This document shows positions 40,532 to 51,615 of a stretch of 64,000 nucleotides of DNA, in pieces. The notes below the pieces were generated by a model. The model was not told the origin of the DNA. It did no database searches and worked only from the letters and a program-made list of their open reading frames with translations. Source of the DNA: an uncultured Verrucomicrobiae bacterium (lineage in GTDB: Bacteria > Verrucomicrobiota > Verrucomicrobiia > Limisphaerales > JAFGQR01); NCBI GenBank assembly GCA_963788655.1, contig CAWBHS010000078.1, positions 73,583 through 137,582 of the forward strand, given 5' to 3'. Made by a program: the position numbers and the translations under genes. How positions within the stretch are numbered: position 1 is the first letter of the stretch; the number at the start of each line of letters is the position of its first letter.

Positions 40532-43500
40532 ATGCCCAACCACCCATGCGCTGGACTTATTGTTTTGTTGACCTGCGTGTTGACTGCCCAAGGCGGCTTG
40601 TTGTTTAACAACGGTAGTTCCTGGAAATACTTCATTGGCACGCAGGAAGCCTCGACCCCGGATACTTCCGCCTGGCGGGCCATTGACTTCAACGACGACA
40701 ACTGGTCGAGCGGAGCCGCCCCGGTGGGGTATGGCGAGCCGGATATCCAAACCGTGTTGCCCAGCAGTGCCGCGGGCAATTACTTGAGCGCCTTTTTCCG
40801 GAAGACGTTTGTGGTAGCCGACCCGGCCGACGTCTCCAGTCTCGAACTCGTGATCCGCTTTGACGATGGCATCGTGGTCTGGATCAACGGGGTCGAGATT
40901 GGCCGGGACAATGTTCCTGCCGGAAACCTGGCCTTCAATGCCACGGCCTCGACGGCGCGGGAACCGGAAGTCAGAACCATCACCGTGATCGACAACCTAT
41001 CCACCCTGCTGCGGACCGGGGTGAATGTCATTGCCGTCCAAGTGTTCAATGGCAATTCCACGAGCAGCGATTTGTTGCTGGACGCCGCATTGACCAGCAC
41101 GGAGCCCGATCCGATTCCCCCCACCGTCCTGAGCTTCAATCCGACGTTCGGAGTGGTCAATGACCTCTCGCAGGTCACCGTAACGTTCAGCGAGAATGTG
41201 GCCGGCGTGGATGCCGGCGATTTACGATTGAACGGTATTCCGGCCATCGCCCTCACACCAGTGGCGGACTACCGCTACCGTTTCACTTTCGAACCGCCGG
41301 CGCATGGGACCGTCACGTTGTCGTGGAACAGTGCTCATGGGATTACCGATTATGGCATCCCGCCAAATGCGTTTAATGCCATGGCCCCGGGGACAACCGG
41401 GCAATACACGTTTGTGGATAATCTGCCGCCCTTCGTGGAAATCCTGGTTCCGCCGGCCGGCCAGACCGTACGTGATCTTTCTCAAATCGAAGCGTTCTTC
41501 AGCGAAGCCGTTACGGGCGTGGACGCCGATGATTTGCAAATCAACGGCAGCGCGGCGACCAATGTGATTCCCTTGTTGCCCAATCAGTATCTGTTCCAGT
41601 TTCCCCAACCGCCCACCGGCCTGGTGCAAGTGGCCTGGATTACTGGTCATGGAATTCAGGATCTGGCCGCTCCCGCCAACGCCTTCGCGGGCGGCAATTG
41701 GATTTACACCTTGGATCCCAAGGCCGCACCGGAAGTGGTGCTGATCACAGAATTTTCCGCCACCGGAAATACCACCCTCCCGGATGAAGACGGGGAGTAT
41801 CCGGATTGGATCGAGATCCACAATGCCGGCAATGTCAGCGTGAATTTGAACGGTTGGTATCTCACCGATGACGACCATGATTTGACGCAATGGCGTTTTC
41901 CCGCAACGACCCTGAATCCGGGCGCGTACCTCGTGGTCTTCGCTTCCGGCAAAGATCGCACGGTCAGCGGCCGGGAACTTCACACGAATTTCCAACTCGA
42001 TGGCAATGGCGAGTATCTGGCGTTGGTCCGCCCGGACGGCCGCACGATTGCTCACGACTTTGAGCCCGCCTATCCGGCCCAGCTCTCCGGGCTTTCGTAT
42101 GGCGTAACGTTTCAGGTGCAAACCAACACCCTGCTGACCAGCGGTAACGCGGCCAATTGGCACGTGCCAATTTCCGCGGACGATCTGCCGGCCAACTGGA
42201 CGGCGCCGGACTTTGACGATGCGGCCTGGGACCACGGTCAATCCGGCATCGGCTTCTACCGGGGCAGTCCCATCAACAACTACGCATCCCTCATCGCAAC
42301 CGACCTGGAGTCGCCGATGTTTGGTGTCAATGCTTCGGCGTTTATCCGCCTGCCGTTCTATTTTAATGCCGAGGAAACGCCGGTCATCGATGAACTCACG
42401 CTGCGGATCAAGTATGACGACGGCTTCATCGCTTACTTGAACGGCGTGGAGGTCGCGCGCCGTAACGCTCCCGCGGTGGCTTCCTGGAACGCGGCGGCTA
42501 CGGCCGAACATGCCTCCCTGCCAGCGGTGCAATTCGAAGACCTCGACATCACCCCGTTGGTGGGCCTGGTTCGCAATGGGCCAAACGTCCTGAGCCTTCA
42601 CGGTCTGAACCTGGCTGCCAGCGACGATGATTTCCTGATGCTGCCGGAATTGGTGGCGCGCGCGGTGGATGTGACACAATACCGTTACTTCCCCAGTGCC
42701 TCCCCCGGCGCCGCCAATGTAAATTCCTTCCTCGGTTTGGTGGCGGACACCAAGTTCAATCCGGATCGCGGGTTTTACGATACCCCGATGTTGGTGACGG
42801 TTTCCAACGCCACTCCCGGAGTGGAAATTCGTTACACGCTCGACGGCACCCTGCCGACGGAGACACACGGCAGCCTTTACACCGGCGCCATACCGGTCAA
42901 TCGAACCACGACCTTGCGCGCCGCGGCTTTCAAGCCGGGCTGGAAGCCGTCCAACGTTGATAGCCATACCTACATTTTCCTGAAAGACGTGGTGCAGCAG
43001 ACGCAAGCCACGACGCTGGCGGCAGGCTTTCCGTCCACCTGGGGCGGCACGTCACCGGATTACGGGCTCGACCCGGATGTGGTCGGCCAGGGTAATGACC
43101 GGTATGATGGCAAATACACCGCCTCAATCAGCAATGACCTGCGCAGCATCCCCACGATGTCCATTGTGATGAACATCGATGACATGTTTGGCGCGAATGG
43201 GATTTACACCCATTCGACCTCGAGCGGCGTGGCCTGGGAGCGGCCGGCTTCGGTGGAGTTTATTTATCCGGACGGCACGAAAGGTTTCCAGGAGAACTGC
43301 GGCATTCGCACCCAGGGAGGCGCCTTCCGCAATCACAGCTTGACCCTCAAGCACTCCTTGCGGCTCTTGTTCAAGAACATCTATGGCACTTCGAAACTGA
43401 ACTTCCCGTTGTTCGGGAACGACGCCAGTGACAGCCTGGACAGTGTCGTGTTGCGCGCCAACTCGAACGACGGCTGGCAATGGGATGCGGCGGGGTCGAG

Positions 43501-46500
43501 GCCGCTATATATCCGGGATTCGTTTGCGCGGCACACCATGCTGGACTTTGGTTCAGTCGCGTCCGGCGACACGTTTGTTCATCTTTACATCAATGGGGTG
43601 TATTGGGGCCTCTACAATCCGGTGGAGCGCCCGGACCATTCGTTCTCCGCCACCTACTACGGCGGGGCCAAGGAGAATTGGGACTTCATCAACACTGGCG
43701 GGGCCAACAACGGCGATTTGAACGCCTGGAACACGATGCTCAACCTGGCCAACCAAGGTCTAGCTTCGACGGCCAGCTATGAGCGCATCCAAGGCAACAA
43801 TCCCGACGGCACCCCTAATCCGGCGTATCCCAACTACCTCGACGTGGACAGCATGATCGATTACATGGTCGTGAACCTTTATGGGGGCAATACCGATTGG
43901 CCGCACAACAATTGGGTGGTGGGACGCGACCGCACCGATGCCAGCACGGGATTCAAATTCTATCTGTGGGACACGGAATGGATCATGGACCTCAATTCCA
44001 GTCTGAATCAGGATCTCACGGGTGCGAGCGCCGGAGTGGCCCAACCGTATGCTGCGTGCCGGAACAATGCGGAATTTCGCCTGCACTTTGCTGACCGCTT
44101 ACACCGGTGGTTCTTCAACAGGGGCCCGCTTTATGTTGATCCGGAACATCCGCAATGGGATCCCGCATTTCCCGAACACAACCAGCCGGCGGCGCGTTTC
44201 AACCTGCTGGCAGACTTTATTGATCGCGCGATTGTGGCTGAGTCCGCGCGTTGGGGTGACCAGCACGCCGCGACTCCCTACACCCGGGATGAACATTGGG
44301 AACAGGAGCGCGAGTATTTATTGAACAACTATTTTCCCTACCGATCCGCGATTGTCCTGAACCAGTTTCGCAACGCCGGATTGTATCCCGCCGAAGCCGC
44401 GCCAGAATTTAATCAACCGGGCGGCACCGTGCCCGCCGGTTTCCAGTTGGAAATGACGCACACCAATGCCAGCGGGACGATCTATTTCACCCTGGACGGT
44501 TCCGATCCGCGCCTGGCAGGCGGTGCGCTGGCACCTTCCGCAGTACCCTACAGCGGGCCACTGACGATTGACGGGAACGTGCATGTGCGCGCGCGTACTC
44601 GAGTGGGCTCAAACTGGAGCGCGCTGTGCGAAGCCACGTTCAGCACCGGACACGACTTCGAGGGACTGGTCGTTACCGAGCTGATGTACAATCCACCCAA
44701 CGTCGGCCCGGTGGACGGCGATGAATACGAGTTCCTGGAGTTGAAGAACGTTGGCTCCCGGCAACTGGATTTGAGCGGATTGTATTTTTCGGCGGGCATT
44801 ACGTTTGCCTTTACCAACGGCACGCGCCTGGCTCCGGGGCAGTTCCTGGTGCTCGTGCGTAATCCCGAGCAGTTCCAGGCCAAGTATCCCGGCGTCGCCT
44901 TACAGGGCGTTTACAGCGGCCGGTTGGATAACGGTGGCGAAAAGCTGCGCTTGTCCCACAGCATCGCCGGAGACGTGCTCTCGTTGACGTACAACGACAA
45001 ACTGCCGTGGGCGATGACTCCGGATGGGCACGGCTTTTCGCTGGTCCCCGTCGCTCCCAACGTCACGTCGAACCTCGACCAGCCGTCCCATTGGCGCGCC
45101 AGCGCCGCGATCGGCGGCTCGCCCGGAGCCGATGATCCCGCGCCCGGTATTGCGGGAATTGTCATCAACGAAATCATGACGCATCCCACTGCCGGCTTGG
45201 ATTTCATCGAGCTGTTCAATCCCACTGCCAGCCCCGTGGACCTGACGGGTTGGTATCTGTCGGACGATGCCCGTTTTCCAATGAAATATCGAATTCCGGA
45301 CGACACGTGGATTGAGGGCGGCGCCTTCGTGGTGTTCGATGAAACCGAATTCAATCCCGCTCCGGGCATTGATCCCAGCTTCTCGCTGAGTTCGGCCGGC
45401 GAAGAGGTGCATTTGTTTTCGGGCAATGCCGGCGGCGAATTGACGGGTTACGATCACGGATTCGAATTTGGCGCGGCGTTGCCGGATGTTTCCTTCGGAC
45501 GCTACGTGAATCGTGCCGGCGAAGAAAAATTTCCCGCGCAGCTTGGCCCCACACCCCGGGAGGCGAATGCTGGACCGCGTATTGGTCCCGTGGTCATCAG
45601 CGAAATTATGTATCGTCCGCCGGACTTGCTCACCGGCGACAACAGTCGGGACGAGTTTGTTGAGTTGCTCAACATTTCCTCCGCTCCAGTCGCATTGTTT
45701 GATCCGTTGACGCCCACCAACACTTGGCGGCTGGCGGGCGGCGTGGACTATGACTTTCCGACCAACCGCACCCTGGCGCCCGGCGAATACTTGCTGCTGG
45801 TGAATTTTGATCCGCTGTTGGAGCCGACGGTGTTGACTGCCTTTCGGGCGCAATATGGGGTTGCTTTCAACGTGCAGATCTTCGGATCGTATGCCGGCAA
45901 GCTCGATAATTCCGGGGAAACCGTCTCGCTGAAATTACCCACGCGATTGGTCACGGGAGAAGTGGTTTACGCGGTGGTGGATCAAGTGGCGTATCGCGAC
46001 TCCGATCCCTGGCCGAGCGGCGCCGATGGCTATGGCCTGTCCCTGCAACGACTCGATCCGGCAGCGTACGGGGACGATCCGCTCAACTGGGCAGCCTCAA
46101 TTCCGACCGCCGCGTCGCCGACGGTGTTGGCCGGCGATTCCCCGATCATCACTGGTCAGCCGCCGAGCCAAGTGACCCCCAACGGCGATGACGTGGAACT
46201 GGCCGTCACCGCAACCGGCAGTCCACCGTTACGCTACCAATGGCGCGCTAACGGTGACACTCTCCCGGGAGAAACCAATTCGGCGCTGCACCTCCACAAT
46301 GTCCAACAATCCCAAGCCGGCGATTATCGCGTGCTGGTTTACAACTATGCGGGATCCATCCTCAGCGCCCCGGCCATCCTTACGGTGTTGCGGCCGCCGC
46401 AAATTATTGCCCACCCCGTGCCGGGCACCACGGCCTGGCCAGGCACCAATGTCAGTTTTACCGTGGTCGCCAGCAGTCCAAATTTCATCACCTATCAATG

Positions 46501-47308
46501 GCGTCATAACGGGACGGACCTTCCGGGCGCCACCCATGCGACCCTCGACCTGACCGACGTTCAATGGGCCGATGATGGGGCCTACACCGCGGCGGTGAGC
46601 GATAGCGGTGGCACGGTGATCAGTGAACCAGCGATGCTTTATGTGCTGATCAAACCGGTAATTGTGCAACCGCCGCTGACCCAAACGGTGGTCGAAGGCG
46701 GGAACGTGACGTTCAGTGCTTCGATCTCCGGCAATCCGCCACCGTACCTCTTCCAATGGCGTTATGGTTCTCGCATCCTGACCAATTTCATTCTGAATGG
46801 AACCACCTGTTTCTTCACGTTGACCAATGTCCAACCTGACCAGGACGACACGTTCTATCGCCTCGCCATTACCAATGCGGCGTCGTCGGCCATCACCGGC
46901 GTCCATTACGAGTGGAACCTGACCGTCCTGCCGGACGCCGATCATGACGGGTTGCCGGATGCGTTTGAAGCCGCCCAGGGGCATCCCGACAATTCCATGG
47001 TGGGCGAGCAGGACGACGATGGTGATGGGATGACCAACCGGGAGGAATACCAGGCGGGCACGGACGGGCAGGATCCGGACAGTTACCTCCGGGTTGAGCC
47101 GCCCGCCACCACCGGCTCGGCCACGCTGAGTTTTGGCGCCGTGTCCAATCGCACCTACAGCGTGGAATACACGGACTCTTTGACGGGCGGTGCGTGGGTA
47201 AAGCTGGAGGACATTTCCGCCGCCACCTCCAACCACGTGGCGCATGTGTCCGACCCGGCTACCGTTCCCAACCGTTACTATCGCGTGGTCACACCCCGAC
47301 AACCCTGA
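40532..47308 (+). CDS. Giant lamin-tail-domain / CotH kinase / Ig protein (2258 aa, intact)
   Basis: Signal peptide, two galactose-binding-like domains (DDG...NGVE), Ig-like domains, four LTDs, chitobiase C-terminal-like YTLDG, CotH motifs (KHSLRL, YWGLYNPVER, NTDWPHNNW, LWDTE), terminal RYYR. Confidence 0.9.
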   Translation: MPNHPCAGLIVLLTCVLTAQGGLLFNNGSSWKYFIGTQEASTPDTSAWRAIDFNDDNWSSGAAPVGYGEPDIQTVLPSSAAGNYLSAFFRKTFVVADPADVSSLELVIRFDDGIVVWINGVEIGRDNVPAGNLAFNATASTAREPEVRTITVIDNLSTLLRTGVNVIAVQVFNGNSTSSDLLLDAALTSTEPDPIPPTVLSFNPTFGVVNDLSQVTVTFSENVAGVDAGDLRLNGIPAIALTPVADYRYRFTFEPPAHGTVTLSWNSAHGITDYGIPPNAFNAMAPGTTGQYTFVDNLPPFVEILVPPAGQTVRDLSQIEAFFSEAVTGVDADDLQINGSAATNVIPLLPNQYLFQFPQPPTGLVQVAWITGHGIQDLAAPANAFAGGNWIYTLDPKAAPEVVLITEFSATGNTTLPDEDGEYPDWIEIHNAGNVSVNLNGWYLTDDDHDLTQWRFPATTLNPGAYLVVFASGKDRTVSGRELHTNFQLDGNGEYLALVRPDGRTIAHDFEPAYPAQLSGLSYGVTFQVQTNTLLTSGNAANWHVPISADDLPANWTAPDFDDAAWDHGQSGIGFYRGSPINNYASLIATDLESPMFGVNASAFIRLPFYFNAEETPVIDELTLRIKYDDGFIAYLNGVEVARRNAPAVASWNAAATAEHASLPAVQFEDLDITPLVGLVRNGPNVLSLHGLNLAASDDDFLMLPELVARAVDVTQYRYFPSASPGAANVNSFLGLVADTKFNPDRGFYDTPMLVTVSNATPGVEIRYTLDGTLPTETHGSLYTGAIPVNRTTTLRAAAFKPGWKPSNVDSHTYIFLKDVVQQTQATTLAAGFPSTWGGTSPDYGLDPDVVGQGNDRYDGKYTASISNDLRSIPTMSIVMNIDDMFGANGIYTHSTSSGVAWERPASVEFIYPDGTKGFQENCGIRTQGGAFRNHSLTLKHSLRLLFKNIYGTSKLNFPLFGNDASDSLDSVVLRANSNDGWQWDAAGSRPLYIRDSFARHTMLDFGSVASGDTFVHLYINGVYWGLYNPVERPDHSFSATYYGGAKENWDFINTGGANNGDLNAWNTMLNLANQGLASTASYERIQGNNPDGTPNPAYPNYLDVDSMIDYMVVNLYGGNTDWPHNNWVVGRDRTDASTGFKFYLWDTEWIMDLNSSLNQDLTGASAGVAQPYAACRNNAEFRLHFADRLHRWFFNRGPLYVDPEHPQWDPAFPEHNQPAARFNLLADFIDRAIVAESARWGDQHAATPYTRDEHWEQEREYLLNNYFPYRSAIVLNQFRNAGLYPAEAAPEFNQPGGTVPAGFQLEMTHTNASGTIYFTLDGSDPRLAGGALAPSAVPYSGPLTIDGNVHVRARTRVGSNWSALCEATFSTGHDFEGLVVTELMYNPPNVGPVDGDEYEFLELKNVGSRQLDLSGLYFSAGITFAFTNGTRLAPGQFLVLVRNPEQFQAKYPGVALQGVYSGRLDNGGEKLRLSHSIAGDVLSLTYNDKLPWAMTPDGHGFSLVPVAPNVTSNLDQPSHWRASAAIGGSPGADDPAPGIAGIVINEIMTHPTAGLDFIELFNPTASPVDLTGWYLSDDARFPMKYRIPDDTWIEGGAFVVFDETEFNPAPGIDPSFSLSSAGEEVHLFSGNAGGELTGYDHGFEFGAALPDVSFGRYVNRAGEEKFPAQLGPTPREANAGPRIGPVVISEIMYRPPDLLTGDNSRDEFVELLNISSAPVALFDPLTPTNTWRLAGGVDYDFPTNRTLAPGEYLLLVNFDPLLEPTVLTAFRAQYGVAFNVQIFGSYAGKLDNSGETVSLKLPTRLVTGEVVYAVVDQVAYRDSDPWPSGADGYGLSLQRLDPAAYGDDPLNWAASIPTAASPTVLAGDSPIITGQPPSQVTPNGDDVELAVTATGSPPLRYQWRANGDTLPGETNSALHLHNVQQSQAGDYRVLVYNYAGSILSAPAILTVLRPPQIIAHPVPGTTAWPGTNVSFTVVASSPNFITYQWRHNGTDLPGATHATLDLTDVQWADDGAYTAAVSDSGGTVISEPAMLYVLIKPVIVQPPLTQTVVEGGNVTFSASISGNPPPYLFQWRYGSRILTNFILNGTTCFFTLTNVQPDQDDTFYRLAITNAASSAITGVHYEWNLTVLPDADHDGLPDAFEAAQGHPDNSMVGEQDDDGDGMTNREEYQAGTDGQDPDSYLRVEPPATTGSATLSFGAVSNRTYSVEYTDSLTGGAWVKLEDISAATSNHVAHVSDPATVPNRYYRVVTPRQP

Positions 47309-47367
47309 TGACTCGGTAATTCAGAATACTGCCATCACAGAGGCCGAACAACTGATCATAGTGTACT

Positions 47368-50300
47368 TCATGGCAGGTTCACCTCGATGCGGTAGTATTG
47401 TGCTGCACCCTCTTCGACATCACTCAAGGTCAATACCCCCCCGTTACCGGGGATGGCTTCCTGGCCGGGAACAACTGTCCAGTTTGGGGGCTGAAGCGTC
47501 GTGGTGCGCAGCAGAGTGTAGGTGCGGTGGATTGAACTGGGGAAGGAGATCATTGCTGGGGAATGCTTGGTGATAGATACAATCTGGAAACGGGAGTCAG
47601 CATTAGTCGGATCGGTGTCCGCCAGCCATTCCTCGAAGGTGTTGAACGGATCGAGGTCGGGATTGGCCCAGACCACTTGAGGATCGGCAGCATCCAGTCC
47701 GTGCCCCGTGAGCCAATCCGGAGGAATCAGCGCCTGGGCATTGAATTCATAAGCCCCCATGTCGAAAGCGGCGACGCCGTCCCCGTCGCCATCGAGCGGA
47801 CGCGGGTTGCCGTCGAGGTCGGTGGTGAGGTGGGCGCTGAGATCCGTGCCGGCGTCAATGCCGGGTGAGCCGTAGCGCAGGCGGAGGTCGCTCCAGCCGT
47901 TGGTGTTCACAAAAAGCGGGGCGTTGGTGATGTTGCCGACGCCGCGGGATGGTAGCGGCGTGGCACAGGAATAGTTGTAGGTGATGGGCAAGGTGTCGTC
48001 GCCGCCGTAGTTGGCGCCATCCGGTGCAGCATTGAAATAGGCGATGCAATAGTTCAGCGTACAGCCATACGCTCCGCCGCCATAGGTACCGTAATTGCCT
48101 GTCAGCGTGCAGTGGGAGAGGGTGGCTCCGTTGACCCCGCCGCCCCACAGAGCGGCCGAGTTGCCCGCCACTACACAGTTAAAGAGCTCGCCTTTGTACA
48201 CGCCGCCACCCGACTTTGCGGCCGAGTTGCCGGTCACGGCGCAATTGAAGAGTGTGGCCAACAAGACCCCGCCGCCGGATCCTTCAGTTGAATTGTCCGT
48301 TATCGTGCAGTTGTAGTACGTGCCATTCCGAGTCCCGCCCCCACCATCGTAAGCTGAATTAGCGATGATCAGACAGTTCGTCAAAATGGCGGATGCGTCG
48401 CACAAGGCGCCCCCACCGCCTCCCGAAGACGCGTAGCCGTTGGTCAGGGTGAATCCGCTCAACCGGGCATTCGCGCCCAGAGAAACGCAGCGAATGGAGC
48501 CGAGACCGTCAATGACCGTGAGCGCCGGTCCGTTGACACTTCGCACGGTGATCGCTTTGGCAATGGCGACCCGATTGTTCCCTGTTTCGCCCGTGGCATA
48601 AATACCATTGGTGACGAACACGGTGTCTCCGTTGCGGGCAGCGTCCACCGCCTTCTGGATGGAATGCGCCGCGGCATCCCACGTGGCATACGGCGGCGCG
48701 GGATTGGGGCTATCCAACCAGACGTAGAGGTTGGCAGGAACGTGGAGGGTGGTGAATGTCTGATCCGGGCCGACCGCCACCCCAACACGATTGGAGACCA
48801 TTAATCGACAATGATACTCCGTGTCAGGCGACAATCCGGTGACGGGAGTTCGGACGGTGACCGTAGTCCCCATGCTGGCGAGTCGAACCGGAACAGTTCG
48901 CTGGGAATAGTCGAGGGTGGTCCCCCATTCGAACCAGACGTAGCAATCGGCGGCATTGGCGTGGGCGGTGCCATTGAGTTTGGCGCTGAACGGAGTGAGT
49001 TCCGTGGCCGGCAGGGTTTGGACCAGGGCGACCTCGGGAGTTCTAAACAAGAAGTCCTGGCTCATCGACACCATGCCCAGGGTGTTGGAGGTCACCAAGC
49101 GGTAGTGGTAGGTGGTGGCGGGGGCCAAACCGCTGATCTCGGTGCGGACGATGGCGGAAGGGTAGGTGGCATCGAGCTCGGCGGTTACCGTCTGATTTCC
49201 ATAATTGGCGGTGAGGCCCCACTCAAACCAGGCCTTGGTATCCACGCCATTCGGTTCCACGGTGGCCTGCACCCGGACGCGATCCGCCGTCAACACCGTT
49301 GCCGACGGCCATCCAGCAAGGTCCTGAGGCACGAACTCATAAGCACCCATGTCCACGGTGCCGCCGAGAATGCGTGGATTGCCGTCCAGGTCGGTGCTGG
49401 AGGCAACGAAATCATTATTCCCGGCGTCAATGCCCGGAGAATTATAGCGCAGACGGAGGTCGCTCCAGCGGTTCGTGTTTACGAAAAGCGGGGCGTTGGT
49501 GATGTTGCCCACGCCGTTCGTCGGCAGTGGGGTGCTACAGGAGTGGTCCAGACTGATGGTCTTATACGTGTCGCTGTGGTAATTTTCACCCGTTGGTGAC
49601 GAGTTGAAATAAACCAGGCAGTTGTAGAAGGTTCCCCCAAATGCCCCTCCCCCGCTTTCAACGGCAGAGTTGCCGGTCAACGTGCAGTTGTAATAGATGC
49701 CCCTCCCCACGCCGCCCCCTTTGAAAGCGGAGTTCCCTTGGAACACGCAACCGACGAAGGTGGACGGGGACGATCCATTCCAAACGGCACCACCCCAACC
49801 TATGGTTTCCCCAGACACATCAAAAAAAGCTGCCGAGTTCCCCTTGAACGAGCAATTGGTGAATGTCGCATACGAGGTCGCATACGAGGAGTAGCTGCCG
49901 ACCGCACCACCCGAAGCCGCGGAATTGCCCTCAAACGAGCAATGGCTGACGGAGGGTGACGAGGAATCCTTATTGTATAGCGCTCCACCCTCCTGCCCGG
50001 TCGAATTACTGATGAAGGAGCAGTGGGCGATGGCGGGTGAAGATTGACCAGCATTATAGATCGCACCGCCGTAGCTGGATTGGCCAGTCTCTTGGTTGCT
50101 GGCATGCCGCCGTCTTTCCGTTGCTGAGTTCCCGATAAAGGTGCAGTGAGACAACGAGGGCGAGGATCGGATCCAGTTGCACATCGCCCCACCAAAGTTG
50201 GTCGCGGAATTGCCCACAAAGAGACAGTTGGTGAAAAAGGGTGAGGTGTTCTCATGGTAGATCGCCCCGCCGCTATAATATGCTGAGTTATTACGAAACG

Positions 50301-51574
50301 TGCAGTTGCTGAACGAATGCACAGCGGTCGGGCCAGGGAGGTTGCCCACGGCGTAAATCGCGCCGCCACGGAAGGCGGAATTACCTTCAAAGGAGCAGTC
50401 GGTGAGGGAGGGAAAGGATCGTTCGTTCCGAATTGCGCCCCCGGATTCTTGACCGAAATTATCCAGAAAACGGCAGTTGACGAGAGTGGGCGAGGAATCG
50501 TAATTGGCGATCGCTCCACCTCGACCTGTCCTATTGCCTTCAAAGGAGCAATTGACGAGGGTCGGAGCTGCGGACTGGCAGATCAAACCTGCTCCAGTGC
50601 CATACAGAAATACCATCAAACCATATCCGGCTGTGACAGTGAACCCATCCAGAATGGCATTCGTGCCGACGGATGCGTTTGCGGTCAGGACATGGCGGGC
50701 GTTGTCCTCGTTGTTGGTGAAATCGGGGCCATCGTTCTGAAGCAGATCGCCGGACAGAATGGTGGGGTATGCGACGTAATCACGTACGGCAAACGTGCCG
50801 TCTCCTCCGCCGGTCGGGAATCCCCCATAAAGCGCGACGCCATCGATGAGGTTGAATACGGAATCGGGGTCATCGGGCGTGGACGTTCCGCCTTCATCAG
50901 GGTAATAGGTGCCCTGGGCGACCCAGATTTCATCGCCGGAGGTGGCGACAGAAAGGGCATCCTGCAGGTTGGTGGAAGCCGTGGCCCAGGAGGCGCCGTC
51001 GTTCGGCGCCAAGCCGAAAGGATCAACGAAACGAGTGGCGGCGGCTGCCGGCCAGGCGATAAAGAGGGCGATTACTGCGGCAGCGAAAATCCGCAGTCTG
51101 AGACCCCATTGTCGAACCGTAGCAGCCGACGTGAGGAGGCTCTGAGTAAACGCGGAAGATGGCTGGATGGGGTCACAGGACCTCGGATGGAGGTAAGGCG
51201 TGGCCGCCGGGCGCGCCGCGGGTGACTGAGTCGGACGGGTCTCGGTGGTTCGTTCGGTTGGCCCGGCGGTCCAACCCTACCACAGACAGGTTGTTCAATG
51301 GGCGGGGCGTTGACAGGGCACGACCGCCGGGCGCGCCGGTAGCGAGCGGCTGGATTCGCCCCAATAATGAGCGGGTAGGGACGTGTTCCACCGCGTCCGA
51401 TTTATCTCGACGGCTCGGCCGAATATCCGGAAGCGGTTGCTGAATAAATACGTGCGCGTCAGGATCTCCCTGATTTCGTATTTGGATGGGCGAACCTGCT
51501 CTGGTGAAGCATGGGACGGAGTGGAATCCGCCCCTACCGTTTAATGGCAGGCTTTGATTTCGGGTTGTTTTCAT
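47368..51574 (-). CDS. Secreted right-handed beta-helix / choice-of-anchor-Q-like protein with FnIII-like repeats
   Basis: NxAxxGGAI repeats, SPGIDAG...DLDGNPR...DMGAYE twice, WFEWG repeats, terminal QYYR. The frame extends upstream of 51012 into a signal peptide. A probable MKTTRNQ start at 51574 needs one frameshift near 51175. Confidence 0.8.
51119..51145. repeat. REP half-element, family G
   Basis: GTAGCAGCCGACGTGAGGAGGCTCTGA is identical at 60462-60488. Confidence 0.75.
51192..51339. repeat. REP-like palindrome, family F, plus an extra arm
   Basis: GGTAAGGCGTGGCCGCCGGGCGCGCCG ... CGGTTGGCCCGGCGGTCCAACCCTACC. A third arm AGGGCACGACCGCCGGGCGCGCCG lies at ~51316. Confidence 0.65.
51374..51538. 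repeat. REP-like palindrome, family E (GTAG type)
   Basis: GGTAGGGACGTGTTCCACCGCGTCC ... GGACGGAGTGGAATCCGCCCCTACC. Confidence 0.75.
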
Positions 51575-51615
51575 GATTTTGGACATCTTGAGGTGACTTC
51601 GATTCTTTAGGGGCA

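Noticed and set aside
41222..43006. Long antisense ORFs (also 9312..10436, 16084..17169, 26112..27227, 28681..30003, 46229..47302)
   Set aside because: Shadow frames of well-supported genes in GC-rich DNA, with no recognisable motifs.
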